From NCBI GenBank assembly GCA_039621445.1, contig CP154954.1, positions 8,992,634-9,056,633 of the forward strand: 64,000 nt of DNA, in the 5' to 3' direction. This DNA comes from Euglena gracilis. Its lineage: Eukaryota. The notes beneath the pieces are model-generated. The model was not told where the DNA came from. It searched no databases and worked only from the letters and a program-made list of their open reading frames with translations. Position 1 is the first letter of the stretch. The number at the start of each line of letters is the position of its first letter. This document shows positions 1 through 13,069 of the stretch, piece by piece. A program made the translations under genes and the position numbers.

Positions 1-19
1 ATACATAAGTTACATCTGT

Positions 20-62
20 AACGCATACATGCACACACACACACACATACACAACAAATACA
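20..62. repeat. (CA)n-like microsatellite in an AT-rich low-complexity stretch (1-480)
   Basis: gcacacacacacacacatacac; surrounding sequence visibly AT-rich. Confidence 0.8.
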
Positions 63-1784
63 CATAATATTTCTGTACATCCATTCATTTAAAAATCATT
101 AAAAGTTTTTTTTCTGGAGACCTGTGTCCCAAATTTTCAGCAAGGAAAGTGGGAGGAGTCTTGCTTGATATTTTAATTGAAACTCGAGGGGAATATTTTG
201 AATTAACAGATGGATGCACAACAATATACAACTTTCTAATTTGTTGCATATTGTTATTCATGCATGCGCATGCCCCATTCATTTACAAGAACACACAAAA
301 AATGCACCATTATGTTGTATTGTAATGTTATAATGAAATAATATGTTGTTTTATTTATTATTCATATAATATTCTTACAAAATGTGATATTATCTATTGA
401 AATGTGTGCACATATTTTTTAATTGTATTATATTATTATTATTAATACATATAAAATTAATGTTATGTTTTTCATGCATTGTGCTATATAATAACTTTTT
501 ATAAGGGTCATGGCCCCCAAATCCCCCCTACCCCAATTTTTTTTGTCCAACGATGTTTTTTTTGGCCTCCCAGACCCCTACCCCAATTGTTTTTGCCCAG
601 AAGGATGTTTATTGGTCTTCCGGACCCGGAAAACATGTTTCTGAGCCGAAAATGGGCGGTTTTTTTAAACCCCCCAGAACCCCGTTTTTGGCCCAAAACC
701 CTTGGTGTTTGGGTCAAAAAAAAGTGGGGGACAGCATAAATTTTTTTGTCCAACGATGTTTTTATTGCCTACCAGACCCGGAATCGGACTGCCACGACAG
801 AGGAAGGGGGGAGGAAGGAACCAAGACGGCTCCGCAATGCGAGTTGATGAGTGAGGTCCTGCTTTCTTTGCCGGCTGTTCTGCTCTGGTGTGTTTGTGCG
901 TGCGCGGGGAGTGCTTCTTACTGCTTTGTTTGTTTCCGGAGTTGGCTGATTGCTAATTCTGCCCTTCGACCTCAAGAAGAAAGAATTTTACTTCTACGAG
1001 TTCAAGTGGGACTACTTTCCGATGAGCACCACATTCACGAAGACCAGTACTTTGTCAACTAGTGGAGCGGACTTTTTCGTACCTTCAACTTCCTGGAGGA
1101 CGAATTCAACTCTTCGAGTTCAACTGGAATTATTACCAGGAGCATTGCACTTACTAAAACAAGATCAACAACTGGACTTACTGTCATAGGGGAAAATAAC
1201 ACCCAGAAAAAATAACATCTGGAAAAATAACATCTGAATAAATAACATCGAGAGAGTCTTGTAAAAAGGCACTTAAAGGTCATCTAGTTCCAGCGCTTCA
1301 GTTACCCCGACTGCGCCATTGTGCAGTTGGAGGGAGTGCAAGGCATTGCAAAAAAAAACTGGAGCGCACACCAGACATTTACCCACACCCCCCCACGAGT
1401 CATTGCCAGCTTCCCCCCAAGGACCCCCACAGGACAGGGTCCCGGGGGGGAAACTGGCCATAAACGTGTGTACCAGGCGTATGTTTCTGTCCCCTTCCGT
1501 TGAGGAAGTTAGGATGGAAGCAGATCCTATTAGGATCTCCTAATGGGTGCCACTTCTCTCTCCACAGGTGGTATTCTGTTTTTCCCTTTGTCCTTCCTTT
1601 TTCTCCGGACCGGACTTGGACATCCAGTCCGTCCTCCCTGCATTGCTCTGTGCTTTGCTTCTTGGGAAGTGGGAAAGGGGTTTTTCCTGTTACTCTGATT
1701 TTCAGTTCCCAAGTAGGTGCGCCAAGGCGAAAGTGAAGGCTTTTTGGGAATTGGGAAAGGGGAATTGGGAATCAGACGTACACT

Positions 1785-1806
1785 TGGTAGCAGATTGGTT
1801 TGATCC
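1785..1806 (+). promoter_or_regulatory. Primer binding site (initiator tRNA-Met type) of B1
   Basis: TGGTAGCAGATTGGTTTGATCC resembles the complement of the eukaryotic tRNA-iMet 3' end (TGGTAGCAGAG...GGTTTCGATCC); preceded by CA-CT; ~200 nt before the gag-like ORF. Confidence 0.75.
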
Positions 1807-1947
1807 TACGCTGACTGGCAGCGGAGAGCCCCTGCACCGTTATTACACGGTCGCAGCGTCAGCTCCCGGCTTCTAGTCAACGTCTAAGCAGGTTCTGTAC
1901 GGTATTACCCGTTACAGCCCCTCTGGTGCCAGCACAACTGCTTATTT

Positions 1948-3543
1948 TTGTGGGTTTTTGCTGCTTTTGTCATCAGAAAGATGCAAAGCACAGACCCCAA
2001 CCATCGACTCAACTATGCCTTATTACAGGCATCATTGCAGGACATTGACCAAGAAACAGGGGATTGGAAGTTTTTATGTGAAGGTGCTTCCAGTTCCCAC
2101 GCCGAGGAGGCACAATTGGTTCAATTGTCACAATTGATGCACTTGTCATCATTGACAGTGGTCGGCGATGAGCCCTCCACATCATTGGCTTCAGAGGCCT
2201 CTTCCACAGGCACCTTGCAACAACGGGGGTATTCGCCTCTGTCTGCGGCAACGGTGCAGCTGCGCACACCGGAGAGAGTGATTCCTCCACTGGGCTTCTC
2301 TGGTGATGGTGGGCTGGAAACCCCGTGCCTCTTTCAACCACCACCCGTTCTTCCACCGGCAAGCCCTTACAGAGCCTTGCCACCACCACCCGATCTTGGG
2401 TGCTATCCTGCATTACCTTGGCCACCTGAGACACGCCTAGTGGTACCGGAATTCTCTGGTGCATCCCAACCCATGGATGGCTATGGGAAGGGCACTGGGG
2501 AGCTCCTCATTGCTGAGGATGTGCAGGATATCATTGCTCGGCTTCCAGGGGATCACCCCCTTGTGAGGAAGTTCAACCATGTGCAACAATGCGTTGCAGA
2601 TTGTGCAACCACACTCAGCAAATTGCTCCAGTTTGAGGAGGACAACCAAAAACATGTCTTCACCAAGCTGGAATACTGCTGGAATTACTTGCAGGAAGTT
2701 GGCAAATATTGCCAGAGAAATTTCGAAAGTTCGGGTATTGACCTTGCAAACTTTCGTGAAACCTTTGACAAAATATGCCAACAACTCCCGCAAAACTTCC
2801 GGCAAATTAGTGAATGCATGCATGAAGCGGAAACACAGAATGACTCCAAGTTTCTGCATTTGCATGACTCACTACGACAGTTATCGGGACAAATGGAGTC
2901 CTCTTCATCCGCGTTGTTGTATTTGCAACAACATTTGCATGCACGAGATTCCTCGTCTGCAACAACAAACAGTGGTGGATTTGTGTCTATGGACAATTTC
3001 ACCACATTTTCCGCAACCTTCCATGAATCGCAACACCGCATTATGCAGTTGTGCGATGAAACGGAAAAGTTTCGGCAATTCCAGTCACAAGCCAACGAGA
3101 ATTTTGCTCCCCACACGTATGCGCGGCAGTTGGAGGAGCGACTTTCCCGTTTGGAGCAGAAAACCTGTTATTGTGACGCAAATCGGGTTGGATTATCCAA
3201 TCTGAGCGCCAAAGTCGCGGAAGTGGCACAACGGCAGGATTCCCTGCAGTTGCAGCCGCAATGCGACATTGGCGGGATTAACTCGGCCATTGCGTGTTTG
3301 CAACAAAGCTTTTCCGCACTTTCCCACCGAGTTCCAGACATTAGCGGTATAGGGGTTCTCAGGCAGCATAATGCGGCAAATGAACTCCGACCTGTGGCTT
3401 TCTTCAGCCGGAAGCTACAGGGCGACAACGGGAAAGGTCAGGTTAAATGGAGCATTCGCGAAAAGGAGACATGTGCCATTGTGCTTGTTCTACAGAATTC
3501 CGCAGCTGGACAGCCAGCAGCTTGGTCCAGATACTCGTGTTGA
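1948..3543 (+). pseudogene. Gag-like coiled-coil ORF fused by deletion (~3355) to an RNase H fragment
   Basis: 531-aa ORF; Pro-rich N-terminus, Q/L-rich helical body, then abrupt switch to RPVAFFSRKL...IREKETCAIV (Gypsy RNase H). Confidence 0.65.
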
Positions 3544-5200
3544 CGGATCATGAGAGCCTTCAACACTGGTATACTCAGGACCTGAACAAGGCCATGTCAT
3601 CAGTGGGCAGAAGATGCCGATGGCATGAGTTCTTGATCCAGTTTAACCTGGTGGTTATCTATACCCCAGGTCACACACAAAGTTGCGGATCCTCTCAGCC
3701 GAGCCCCCTGGTATTATCCGGGGAACCCGGATGAGGGCGATGCGACTTTTCATGGCAGCCATGAGGCACCAGTTCGCACGTCGATCCGACGCTGCGGACA
3801 ACATGCTCGATTCACTACCCGTTTCCTGGGTATATCGCAGCATCGCCATTTCACCATTGCGTGGAAGGCGCCGGCGTGGACGCACTGCCGGACCCCGTCG
3901 CATTACGCGTACGGAAACTCCTACTCCCCTATTTTTCCGCGAACAGGATTATTCGCGTGACCCTATTTCTAGTACCATTGTGAATAGACTTCGTAATGGT
4001 GAATCCATGGAGAATTACTCTCTATCACCATTGCGCCTTATTTTCCGGAATGATTCTGGTTATAAATATTGTACACCCCAAGACCTGGTTGATGATGTGA
4101 TTTTGAGCTATCACAAGGTGGGTCGCAGATATTTAACAACCCTGAGTGAAAATGAATTATATTCGCGCTGTTTGTAAATTTCGCAACGGCGCCAAATTTG
4201 TCCGGCTGTAAAACCGCGCAGAGGTACACCCCCCTGGTACATGTACTTTTTCCCCATACCACCAGACATCTTTACGTCCCTCTGCATGGATTTTCTCGAA
4301 CTTGAACCTTGCAAAGGATCAGATGACAAAATTTACGAATACGTTTTTGTTGTCGTATGCCGCTGAGTGGGTACATAGTAGCCATTCCATGCCGGAAGGC
4401 AGGGTTGACAGCCCAAATTTTGGCATCCATATACCTGGAGAAATGTATCTGCTTAATGGGTTTACCGAACGAAATCGTGAGTGATCAAGATCACTTGCTC
4501 TCTTCGCGGTTTTTCACAACTTTCTGCGGTTTACTCGGCATTGAGCAGCATTTTTCCATTATATACCGCACGGAAGGCAATGGTAGAGCCGAGGCAGCCG
4601 TGAAATCCGTTGTCAATATGATTCGCATTTCACTGGGAATGATATCCCCTCGGAGAGACCCGCCCGAAGTAGCGTCAGCTGTGAAACGTGGTTTGCAGAA
4701 GTGGAATCACTCTGCTCTGCAGTCCAATCAGGTATCACAGAAATTTATTCCAACAAACGGAAATCGTTTTTACTGACCTTCAACACACCTGTGTATAGTC
4801 CAGGTGACCGCGTGTGGGTACGGAATAACCGCACCCGCATGCAATCTTCCAAGCTAGATCCTCTTTGGCTCGACCCATGCGAAATACTGGAGAGGTTAGG
4901 TAGTAGCGGGCGATATAAAGTTGCTTAACCAAACGGGATTGAAGACGTCCATATGGACGACTTCAAACCGTACCTAAGCCCCCCAGATGGAAAAGATATC
5001 CCCTGCCTATATTTCAAGCCCCGTTCCAGATTACCTGAAACGGACGACTTGTGGTCGATAAGATAATAGACCACAAGGTCGACAGGGGTGTGCACTACTG
5101 GAAAGTTCGTTGGAAAGGGTATGGGCCAGACGAGGACACTTGGGAGTCAGCATCCAGTTTTTTTGGATATATCCAGCAGGATTGGAAGCTGTGTAACAAG
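3351..5200 (+). pseudogene. B1 pol remnant: RNase H C-terminus, integrase, chromodomain
   Basis: LTDHESLQHW; EIVSDQD and GNGRAEAAV (DDE core); [31 protein letters not shown] (chromodomain); several frameshifts, stops and small deletions relative to B2. Confidence 0.9.
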
Positions 5201-5988
5201 CACAATAACATAGACATAAAAAAAACACTTTCTGAAACGATTTCGTTTTGGAGAATGTGTGTGTTTTATGTGAATGTTTCGTGTTTATACCCCCCCCTGC
5301 ACTTCCTTATTTCTCTATCTTTCTCGCAGAGTTTTTGATTAAGATAGAAGCCTTCCTTTATCAGTGCGCCAGCACTCAAACCGACTGACAACAAGGTTTC
5401 CCTTCGTTGCAGTCGTCGTTCGGGTAGCATCATGCTGCCTGGGCACGGACCTGGACCAGGTCCACCATGGCCGCAGCCTTCTGGCGCGCCATACCCCCAA
5501 TACCCTCAGCATGCTGAGGCCCCGATTCCGTGTGCCCCACATGCTGAGAGGGTTTCAGCCCCGGTAGCCACGGCGGCAGGTGGATCCCATAGTGGTGGAG
5601 GATGAACCTCCCCACCGTGTGGCAGCCCGACCGCCCAGTGCAGCTCCTGTCCAGACTGGGGATATCCCCCGTCGGCAGGAGACTCCCTACTACCACATGG
5701 CACCTCCGGGAACCGAGCAGGATGAGCTTGCTCGGCACTTCCTGCAGGAGCCAGTATTCGCGTCTGAAGAGCACCGGACGAGGTATTACTCCTCTCTGGC
5801 TGCCCTTCAGGGCCGTGGATACACCCGATACCATCCGTACCAGCCTCAGCTGCGGGTGGCTACCCCGGTATTACCGGGTGAGCCCCCGGCAGGTGTGGCA
5901 GTATTACCTGCCACCCTGAAGCGCGACAGGACTACAGAGAACCTTACCCCACAGCCCAGGCGACCCAGACCACGGGACGCGGAAGGCG

Positions 5989-7257
5989 GTGTGGCGATGC
6001 AAGTGGAATCCAGCCAGGACACGCCGGCTGGACGACCACCGGAAGAGGCACAGGTGGGCGATGAGCCGTCCTGTTGCCGCTATGCCACCGCCGACCCCTC
6101 GGGTATGGAAGGAGCCGCGACCCCCTGCGTCGAAGCCAAGCCCACGCCAGACTCCTGGCCAACGCCCAGGCACGCCATCACCGCGGTGTGCAGCGGGTCG
6201 GCCAGGTCCCTCCCCGGAGATGGAGTGGGAAGGAACCGAACCGACTCCGGAGGCACCGAGCGCCCGACCCTCTGGTGTTCGCCAGACGGGAAAGGACACA
6301 CGCAAGGCCGAGGGCAAAGGCAAGGGAGAAGGCAAAGGCGTGGCCGGCAAAGGGAAGGGTGATGGTAAAGGTAAGAGAACAGCACGTGAGGAGGAAGAAG
6401 AACCCGCAGAAGTCCTTTCGGACTTTGAGCACATGCTCAGGTTCAAGGAGGAGCCGGAGGACGAAGGCTGGCGAATGCAGCATGATTACCATGTTGCAGG
6501 AAACCGTCCCGTCACCCCTCCACAAGCAGTCATCGATGTGGTACTACGCCACACCGAGAATAGAGTCAGACTATTCCATTACGAAATAGATCTGTACGCC
6601 TTCGAAGGTCAACGTGGCAGACCCTTGCGGGATGCCCAGCCGGGTTTCTGGGAGCTGTGGTTTTGGTTGGGATACCCTTGCCAGAACTGGGGTCTCTTCA
6701 GCGACTCCACTGGTCGCAGTTACCTGCACCAGTTGGGTTTTCGGGAGCAGCGTGTGTTGGCCCGAAGGCTGAACACAATCTTCCACTGTATTCATACAGT
6801 CGGACCCCTCGGCGTGCAGTGGGAATTCTACCCACTACACGCTGACATCGAACGCCTGATCGACGTGTTGTGGTGCAACAACATCCAGGTGTGGCTGGTG
6901 AGCCATTACGGCTCCACCTTCCGCGTTAAGCGTGTTTCCCTGGCTTACCCGCAGAGGTATGACCTCTGCTGTAAGTACTGCCGGCAGGAATTTCCTGTCG
7001 ACTTCTGGGGATTCGGTGTGCGCGGAAGTCCTCCACCGCCTTGGGATAACCCGGTCCTGGAGATGGGACGCCGCATGCTTATGCATGTGTGCCGCGACGC
7101 CCCGGATGTCCAGGGCAAAAGTCGCCGCGTCCACAAGCAGCATATTTTTATGCTGCAGCAGTTCTGGTGCCGAGCCTGGACTACCTATGTCATGGAGGTG
7201 TATATAATAAGACGTACACTTAGACTCAGACGTACCCCCCACACACCCCACACTTGA
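5989..7257 (+). CDS. Unknown accessory protein downstream of pol (GK-rich segment + Cys/His domain); N-terminus probably starts ~5580 across a frameshift
   Basis: 422-aa ORF with protein-level homology to 45552-46400 (GFWxLxFWLG, GPxGxQWE, HYG, CxxC-FPVDFWGFGVRG, HxC, RAW..Y..E.Y). Confidence 0.7.
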   Translation: MWRCKWNPARTRRLDDHRKRHRWAMSRPVAAMPPPTPRVWKEPRPPASKPSPRQTPGQRPGTPSPRCAAGRPGPSPEMEWEGTEPTPEAPSARPSGVRQTGKDTRKAEGKGKGEGKGVAGKGKGDGKGKRTAREEEEEPAEVLSDFEHMLRFKEEPEDEGWRMQHDYHVAGNRPVTPPQAVIDVVLRHTENRVRLFHYEIDLYAFEGQRGRPLRDAQPGFWELWFWLGYPCQNWGLFSDSTGRSYLHQLGFREQRVLARRLNTIFHCIHTVGPLGVQWEFYPLHADIERLIDVLWCNNIQVWLVSHYGSTFRVKRVSLAYPQRYDLCCKYCRQEFPVDFWGFGVRGSPPPPWDNPVLEMGRRMLMHVCRDAPDVQGKSRRVHKQHIFMLQQFWCRAWTTYVMEVYIIRRTLRLRRTPHTPHT

Positions 7258-7604
7258 CCAGTGTAGGCTTAAGGCAGGATGGAGGGTCAGACTCCCCCCC
7301 CCGATCCAGGAGGGGGTGTCGGGCATATATTGCAATAACTGGGTGATCCCAACACAAACAAATAGCATCTGGTGAGAGTATCCAGAGCATAACCCATGAA
7401 ACGGTCCATTCTTTACTTCAAAAAGGCAAGGATTGAATGCAAGCCTGATGGACTGCCTCGTCCTTTGGTAATGATTGTCACAGTCGTTCGTGTTCTTCAT
7501 CCCACATCCTATCCATTTTATACATCTTACCTTTTTTCGAGTTTTTTCTGGAGCAAATGAAGAAAGAATAACATCTGACTAAATAACATCTAAAAGCGGC
7601 TTAG

Positions 7605-8309
7605 ATGGTATTTTTTCTGCACGTTATTTTTTCCTATGACAGTATGAATGAATCTCAAAAAAAATCAGACTGCAAAGAAGAGCTTCAAAGAACTTCCAAG
7701 AAGGCAGCTGAAACCGGGGAAGGTGGAGACACACAAGCAGCTGAATTTCAAAATCTCCCACTCAACATGAGAATCGCCATGGACCATGGACAACTGTGGT
7801 CAGGAAGACAAGAAGACAGAGGGAAAATATCACCACAGGTCCAACAAACTCCCCCCCTCTTTCTATGTCCCCCCCTTCCAGGGTACAAGGCAAGGGTTAT
7901 GGCAGCCTTTCAACAAATATCAAAAATACAAGGGATTCAAGTCACCATCAAGGCTATGGCAGCCATCATCCAAAAGGACCGGGGGTCCAGAATCAAGGCT
8001 ATGGCAGCCATCATTCAAAAGGGCAGTGGGCCCAGGGGCAAGGCTATGGCAGCCAGTACCCCAGCCTGGAAAGATTTCACTGGGGAAAGGTATGTCCAAC
8101 TTTCCCCCCAGCAATTTCAGAGACAAACCGCCCAGGAGCAGCAAGCCAATGCCAAAAACAGGCCATGGTGGCCTATATGGGGAATCAAGAGGGACAACGA
8201 AGAGACAAGAGAAGTTTTGGAGAGAAGGCCAATGGCCACCTTCCTGTATGACATGAATTTTTGGGTCACAAATTTGCCCGTTTCTTTTCTGACTGCTTTC
8301 AATTTGTAA
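7605..8309 (+). other. ORF of unknown meaning with 3-4 short tandem repeats (KAMAA..Q)
   Basis: aaggctatggcagcc repeated at ~7895-8055; no recognisable domain. Confidence 0.25.
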
Positions 8310-8810
8310 GAGGGGATTTGGAGCAGTTCTTTTTCCAAGTCAAAAAAAAACCCAAAAGTTCCCCGTGCTGACTGGGGAAGGTGTTTGACTTTTTGAGATT
8401 TACGGTCATCACACTTCCTCTGAGGTCCTGTGGTAAAGTTTCTGTGTGCTGGGTTGCCAGAGTTTTTGACTTGGCTAGTAAAAGGATGTCGTCCAGATGG
8501 ACAAAAACAATCAACGCCTGTTTTCTCCCCTTTTTGAGAAACACATGCATAACCTGCATCCAGAGATATGGAATGGTTGAGAGGCCAAAAAAGCCCCATC
8601 CATTCGAAAACTTACGTCCTGTTTTAAAACGAATGTAAGGTTTTATGACTCGGGACAGCTCCAGGTGTAAGTAAGCATATTTCAAGTCAACTTTTGTGGC
8701 CCACATTCCTTTTTCCAGATGAGGAAACGTGTCTCTCCCATGGTCCAGTTTAAAGTGAGGAGGGTTTAGGTGCAGATTTTTTGCCCCGCAGTCTGAGATC
8801 AGTCTCAGTT
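8299..8810 (-). pseudogene. DIRS/tyrosine-recombinase-type reverse transcriptase fragment
   Basis: RLISD..HFKLD..WATKVDLKYAYLHL..FGLSTIPYLW..VHLDDILLLA..VNLKKS..P..LLGF fits the DIRS RT pattern. Confidence 0.75.
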
Positions 8811-9425
8811 ATTGTCACACCCTGTATCTTCTTTCTTTATGACAAACCAAGGTAAAAGGAAGGCTGTCCCTTCTTCTTGAATTTCCTTTGCTGCCACCGT
8901 CCAGGTCCCGAGGGGAAGGGCCTGGACCGGCAGTCAACCCCCCAGCCGACATCCGCACCAGAGACGAGGCTGGTAAGAGCAGTGGAGTATGAAGAAGAAG
9001 GATGGCGGCTGGTCCAAAGAAATAGAAGAGGCAGGCAGTCTCCAAAGGAAGGGGAGAGACCCTGCCTGCGGCAGGTGTCGAAGGCGAAGCCGACACCATC
9101 GTCCCCATCAACATCACCGAGTGTGCCGAAGGCGAAGGTGGCATCACCGTCCTCATCAACATGAAAGGCATCGGCAACGAAGAGACCATCGATCTCATCA
9201 ACGCTGACGGCATGGGCAACGAAGACAGCATCGAGATCGAGTCTACCACGATCTACGTCATCGCCATCAACATCACCGACAACGTCATCACCGAAGGCAT
9301 CACCACGTCTCCACAAGACACCACCACAAGAAAAGCAAGCACCGGCGAAGGAGGTGAAGAAAGCACCGGCGAGGAAGGAGAAGACAGAGCCGGTGAAGAA
9401 GGCGGCGAAGAAAGAGAAGGAAAGA

Positions 9426-10025
9426 TGGGCGCTGGATCTGTTCTCCGGAACGGGAAGTGTGAGAAGAGCGCTGGAGAAGATGGGCTTCAAGGTGATCAGG
9501 GTGGACTGGGATGAGAAGTGGAAGCCGGACATCGTGGCCGACGTGAGGAAGTGGAGGTTCTGGGAGCAGTACGCTCCCGGCCACTTCGAGGTCATCGCGG
9601 CGTCCCCGCCCTGTACCGAGTACTCCACAGCCCTCACCACCCGCAAGAGGAGGCTCCGCATGGCGGACGCGGTGGTGAAGGCCACGAGAGAGCTGGTGGA
9701 GTACTTGGCGCCTACACGGTGGTGGATTGAAAACCAGAGGTTCGGCTTGCTGCGGTGGCGGCGAGTCCTGCGCGGAGTACGGTATGTGGATGTGGACTAC
9801 TGCCGCTTCGCTGAGTACGGGTATCGCAAGCCGACCCGCTTCTGGGTCAGTGACGCGATGGCGAAGCAGCTGGACGACGTCATATGTGGTGGAAAGTGCG
9901 ACAGCACGGTGGAAGGACCAGACGGCGTACGACGACATCGGCTGCAGTTGGGAGGCAGTGGCGAGCGCAGATGCACAAGGGAGGAGGCCTACCGCATCCC
10001 GGAGGGGGTGGTGCGGTACCTGTGC
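9426..10025 (+). CDS. C5-cytosine DNA methyltransferase domain in A1 pol
   Basis: Motif I ALDLFSGTGS, motif IV ASPPCTEYS (catalytic Cys), motif VI WWIEN, DYC..YGYRKPTRFW, C-terminal AYRIP; in frame with protease ALIDSGA. Confidence 0.92.
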
Positions 10026-10129
10026 CTCGGGGTGAAGGCACGGGAAGAGGCGGCGGCGGCGGAGGAGGCGAAGAAGGTGCGGAAGGTGGTGGTGCGGCCG
10101 TGGCAGCACCTCCCGAACCGGCCGTTCAC

Positions 10130-12360
10130 GGTCGGCCGGATGCAGCACCGTTGGGGGTGCTACCAGCTGCTGGTGGACGTGGAGGTCGAGGCAGGCGGGA
10201 TGAAGATCCAGGTGAAGGCCTTGATCGATTCGGGGGCGCAGACCTCCCTCGTGAAGAAGGAGCTGTTCCCGGAGTCGGTGTTCCAAAACAAAGGGAACAA
10301 GACCCTTGGTGCTGCGCACGGTGAGCGGAGAGGCACTACCCGGAGGACAACGAGAAGCGGAGCTGAAGCTGTCGTTCGCGGCCCAGACCGACGACGAGGA
10401 GCGGAGACCGAGGACGTGGACCACGAAGGTGGTGGCGTACGACGGTTGCATCAGCACGGATCTGATCCTGGGGTATCCGTGGCTCCGGGAGAACCGGCTG
10501 GATGTCCAGCCTTGGCGCGACACCTTGCAGCTCCACGCGGACCCCAAGTGGATCCTGAGGCGGCGTGGAGACGAAGAGAAGAAGGAGGAAGATGGCAATG
10601 AAGACGAAGACGAGCTGGACGGCTACCTCTCCACGGTGAAGAAGATGCGGCAGCTGACCACGGAGGAGGCAGCAGTCCGAGAGGTGGCGGTGATGGTGAA
10701 GGAGGCCGAAGAAGCGGCGAAGGCGGTGCGAGGGGTGGTGGAGACAGAAGACGACGTCGACCATCCCTTGGCACGGCAGCTGCGGGACGAGATCATCAAC
10801 GAGTTCGAAGTCCGGGTGTTCCGTGAGCGGGTGTGGCCGTGTCCTCCGGCGCGAAGGGTGGGAAGGCGGCGATGATGCTGAAGCCGGGGGCAACTCCGGT
10901 AGTGGGCCGGATCATCAACCTCAAGGGCGAGCGGCTGGAGGCCCTGAGGGAGATGGAGCGGGAGTGCCTGGCGCGACGGCAAGCTGGAGGCGGGGCGGGG
11001 GCCGTGGAGGGCGGCCGCCTTCCCCATCCGCAAGAAGTCGGGCAAGTGGAGGCTGGTGTGCGACTACAGCTTGACCAACAAGATGCTGCAGATGAAACCC
11101 TACCCCCTACCGCTGACGGAGGACATCGTGAGCAAGCAGGCGAAGTGCCAGATCTTCTCGACGGTGGACCTGCGGGACGCCTTCCACCAGGTGGCCATGG
11201 CGGAGGAAAGCCGACCCATCACCAACATCCACCTGCCCGGCGGCCTCTGGCAGTGGACCGTGGTGCCCCAGGGCATCAACGTCGGTCCGCCGCTGCTCCA
11301 GAGGGACATCGCCGCGACCTGCCGCAACGTCTCCGCCCACACCCACCCCTACTTCGACGACATCCTGGTGAGCACGAGGCGGCTCCCGGGGTGGAGCGAC
11401 GAGGAGCTGATCAGGCGGCACGCGGGGGATCTGCTTGAGACCCTGCGGGCGCTGGAGGCGGATCGGTGGGTGGCGGACTAGAAGAAGGCACAGCTGTTGC
11501 GCAAGAGGGCGGAGGTCGTGGGGCACGTGCTGGGGGGGGGGCAATCGCGTCTCCGCGAGCGGCAAGCTGCCGGCGGTGCAGCGGTGGCAACTCCCGGCCA
11601 ATGTGACGAGTTTGTGCACCTTTCTCGGCCTCTGAAATTATTATTCGGGGTATGTACGTATGTACTCGGAGCTGGCCGCCCCCCTGCAGGAGAAGGCGAA
11701 GCTGCAAAGGGATTTGTCCCGGGCGGGCAGCAAGCACCCCTTAGGTGGTCCGCGGCCGAGCTGGAGGCGTTCGAGAAGCTGAAGGCAGCGCTGGTGGCGG
11801 ACCTGGAGCTGTGGCACGTGGGCATGAACAAGCCGTTCGTGTTGCGCACGGACGCCTCCGACTATGCGGTGGGCGCCGTGCTGGAGCAGCTACCGAAGGT
11901 AGAGGGCATCCCCTCGGTGGAGGAGCTCCTGAAGCCCGGGGCGACGGTGGCGGTGGGCTTTATGAGCAGGAAGCTGACGGAGGGGCAGCGGCTGCGGTGG
12001 GGCACCCGCGACAAGGAGACGTACGCGGTGGTGAGCGCGCTGGACAAGTGGGGCGACTACATCACCAGGCAGATGGTCCTGGTCCTGATTGACCACCGGT
12101 CCCTGGACAGCTGGTACAAGGAGCACGTCTCCCGGGGATCGGGACCGCAAGGCCAGCGGGCGAGGTGGCACTCCAAGCTGAACGAGCACATGGTGGAGGT
12201 GGTGTACGTGCCGGGGGAAAAGAACGAGGTGGGGGACGCGCTGTCGCGGTGGGCGTACCCGGCCAGCCAGGAGTACCGAGACTCCTGCTGGCACGGGACG
12301 GCAGCGGACGCCGAGGAGATGGAGCAGCAGATCCGAGAGAAGAAGGCCGCGGAGGGCAGC
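10130..12360 (+). pseudogene. A1 protease, RT and RNase H
   Basis: ALIDSGAQTSL, DLILGYPWL, CDYSLTN..PLPL, VDLRDAFHQV, PYFDDI, FVLRTDASDYAVGAVLEQ, RDKETYAVV; frameshifts near 10290, 10860, 10980, 11540 and stops. Confidence 0.93.
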
Positions 12361-13069
12361 TGCCCGAAGGCAGTACACCCGGTGGATAAGGTGTGCCCCC
12401 TCCAAACCACAAATGCGGCATCCCCATCGCCGCCAGCCAGGAAACCGGCAGCCACGGCGGCATCGGCCGGGACACCGGCATCCGAGGAGCCGCCCGCCGG
12501 CTTTCCGGCAGCCGGAAGTCCGGCAATCCGACCGCCGCCCCCACCGAACCCCACCGCGCCGGATGCGATTGCAGCACCGACCGTGCGAGCGCCCAGTGCG
12601 ACAGCGCTGGCATCGCCCGGGCATCCCGAGCAGCCGCAGCACTCAGCGTTGTCCGCGCAGCCCAAGCAGCAGCAGCAGCCCGCCACACCACGCACCGTGC
12701 GGTTTTCCGTACGGCCAGCAGCGGCACCGGCAGCTGCATCGTCTTGCACGAGCAAGACGATGCTTGCTCGTGCAACCCGCCGAGCAAGCATCGTCCCCGC
12801 CCGAGGCTAGCGCACGCAGCATCCCACCACCGTCCCCAGCAATCGCTGTGACCACCCGAAGCCAGGCGGCCGCCAAGCCGCCCGGTACTGTCGTCCCGAA
12901 GAAGCCAGCCGAGGGAGTGGTGCCGTCGGCCGGCCCACCCAAGGTGGGGGGGGACCCCAGTCCTCCCACCGTGCCGCCTGTGGCAGTCGCCGTGCCTCCT
13001 GTGGCAGCCGCCGTGCCGCCAGCTGCAGCCACCTAGGCCGCAGCACCACAAGACGAGGACCAGGACCTG

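Larger units (their letters stand above)
1785..7257 (+). mobile_element. Gypsy family B copy 1 (B1): internally deleted chromodomain LTR retrotransposon (gag-like / RNase H / integrase / chromodomain / accessory ORF)
   Basis: PBS at 1785; coiled-coil ORF joined directly to RNase H C-terminus; degenerate integrase and chromodomain closely similar to 41000-43006; no protease or RT; LTR limits unresolved. Confidence 0.8.

Noticed and set aside
1444-1460. Another GGGAAACT-GG LTR end and PBS
   Set aside because: The following bases match no tRNA end I recognise and there is no partner repeat.
5227-5245. SL relic (actttctga..tttcg)
   Set aside because: Match too short to separate from chance.
9426-10025. 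Bacterial restriction-modification gene or contamination
   Set aside because: The MTase is in frame with a retroviral-type protease in two separate Gypsy copies.
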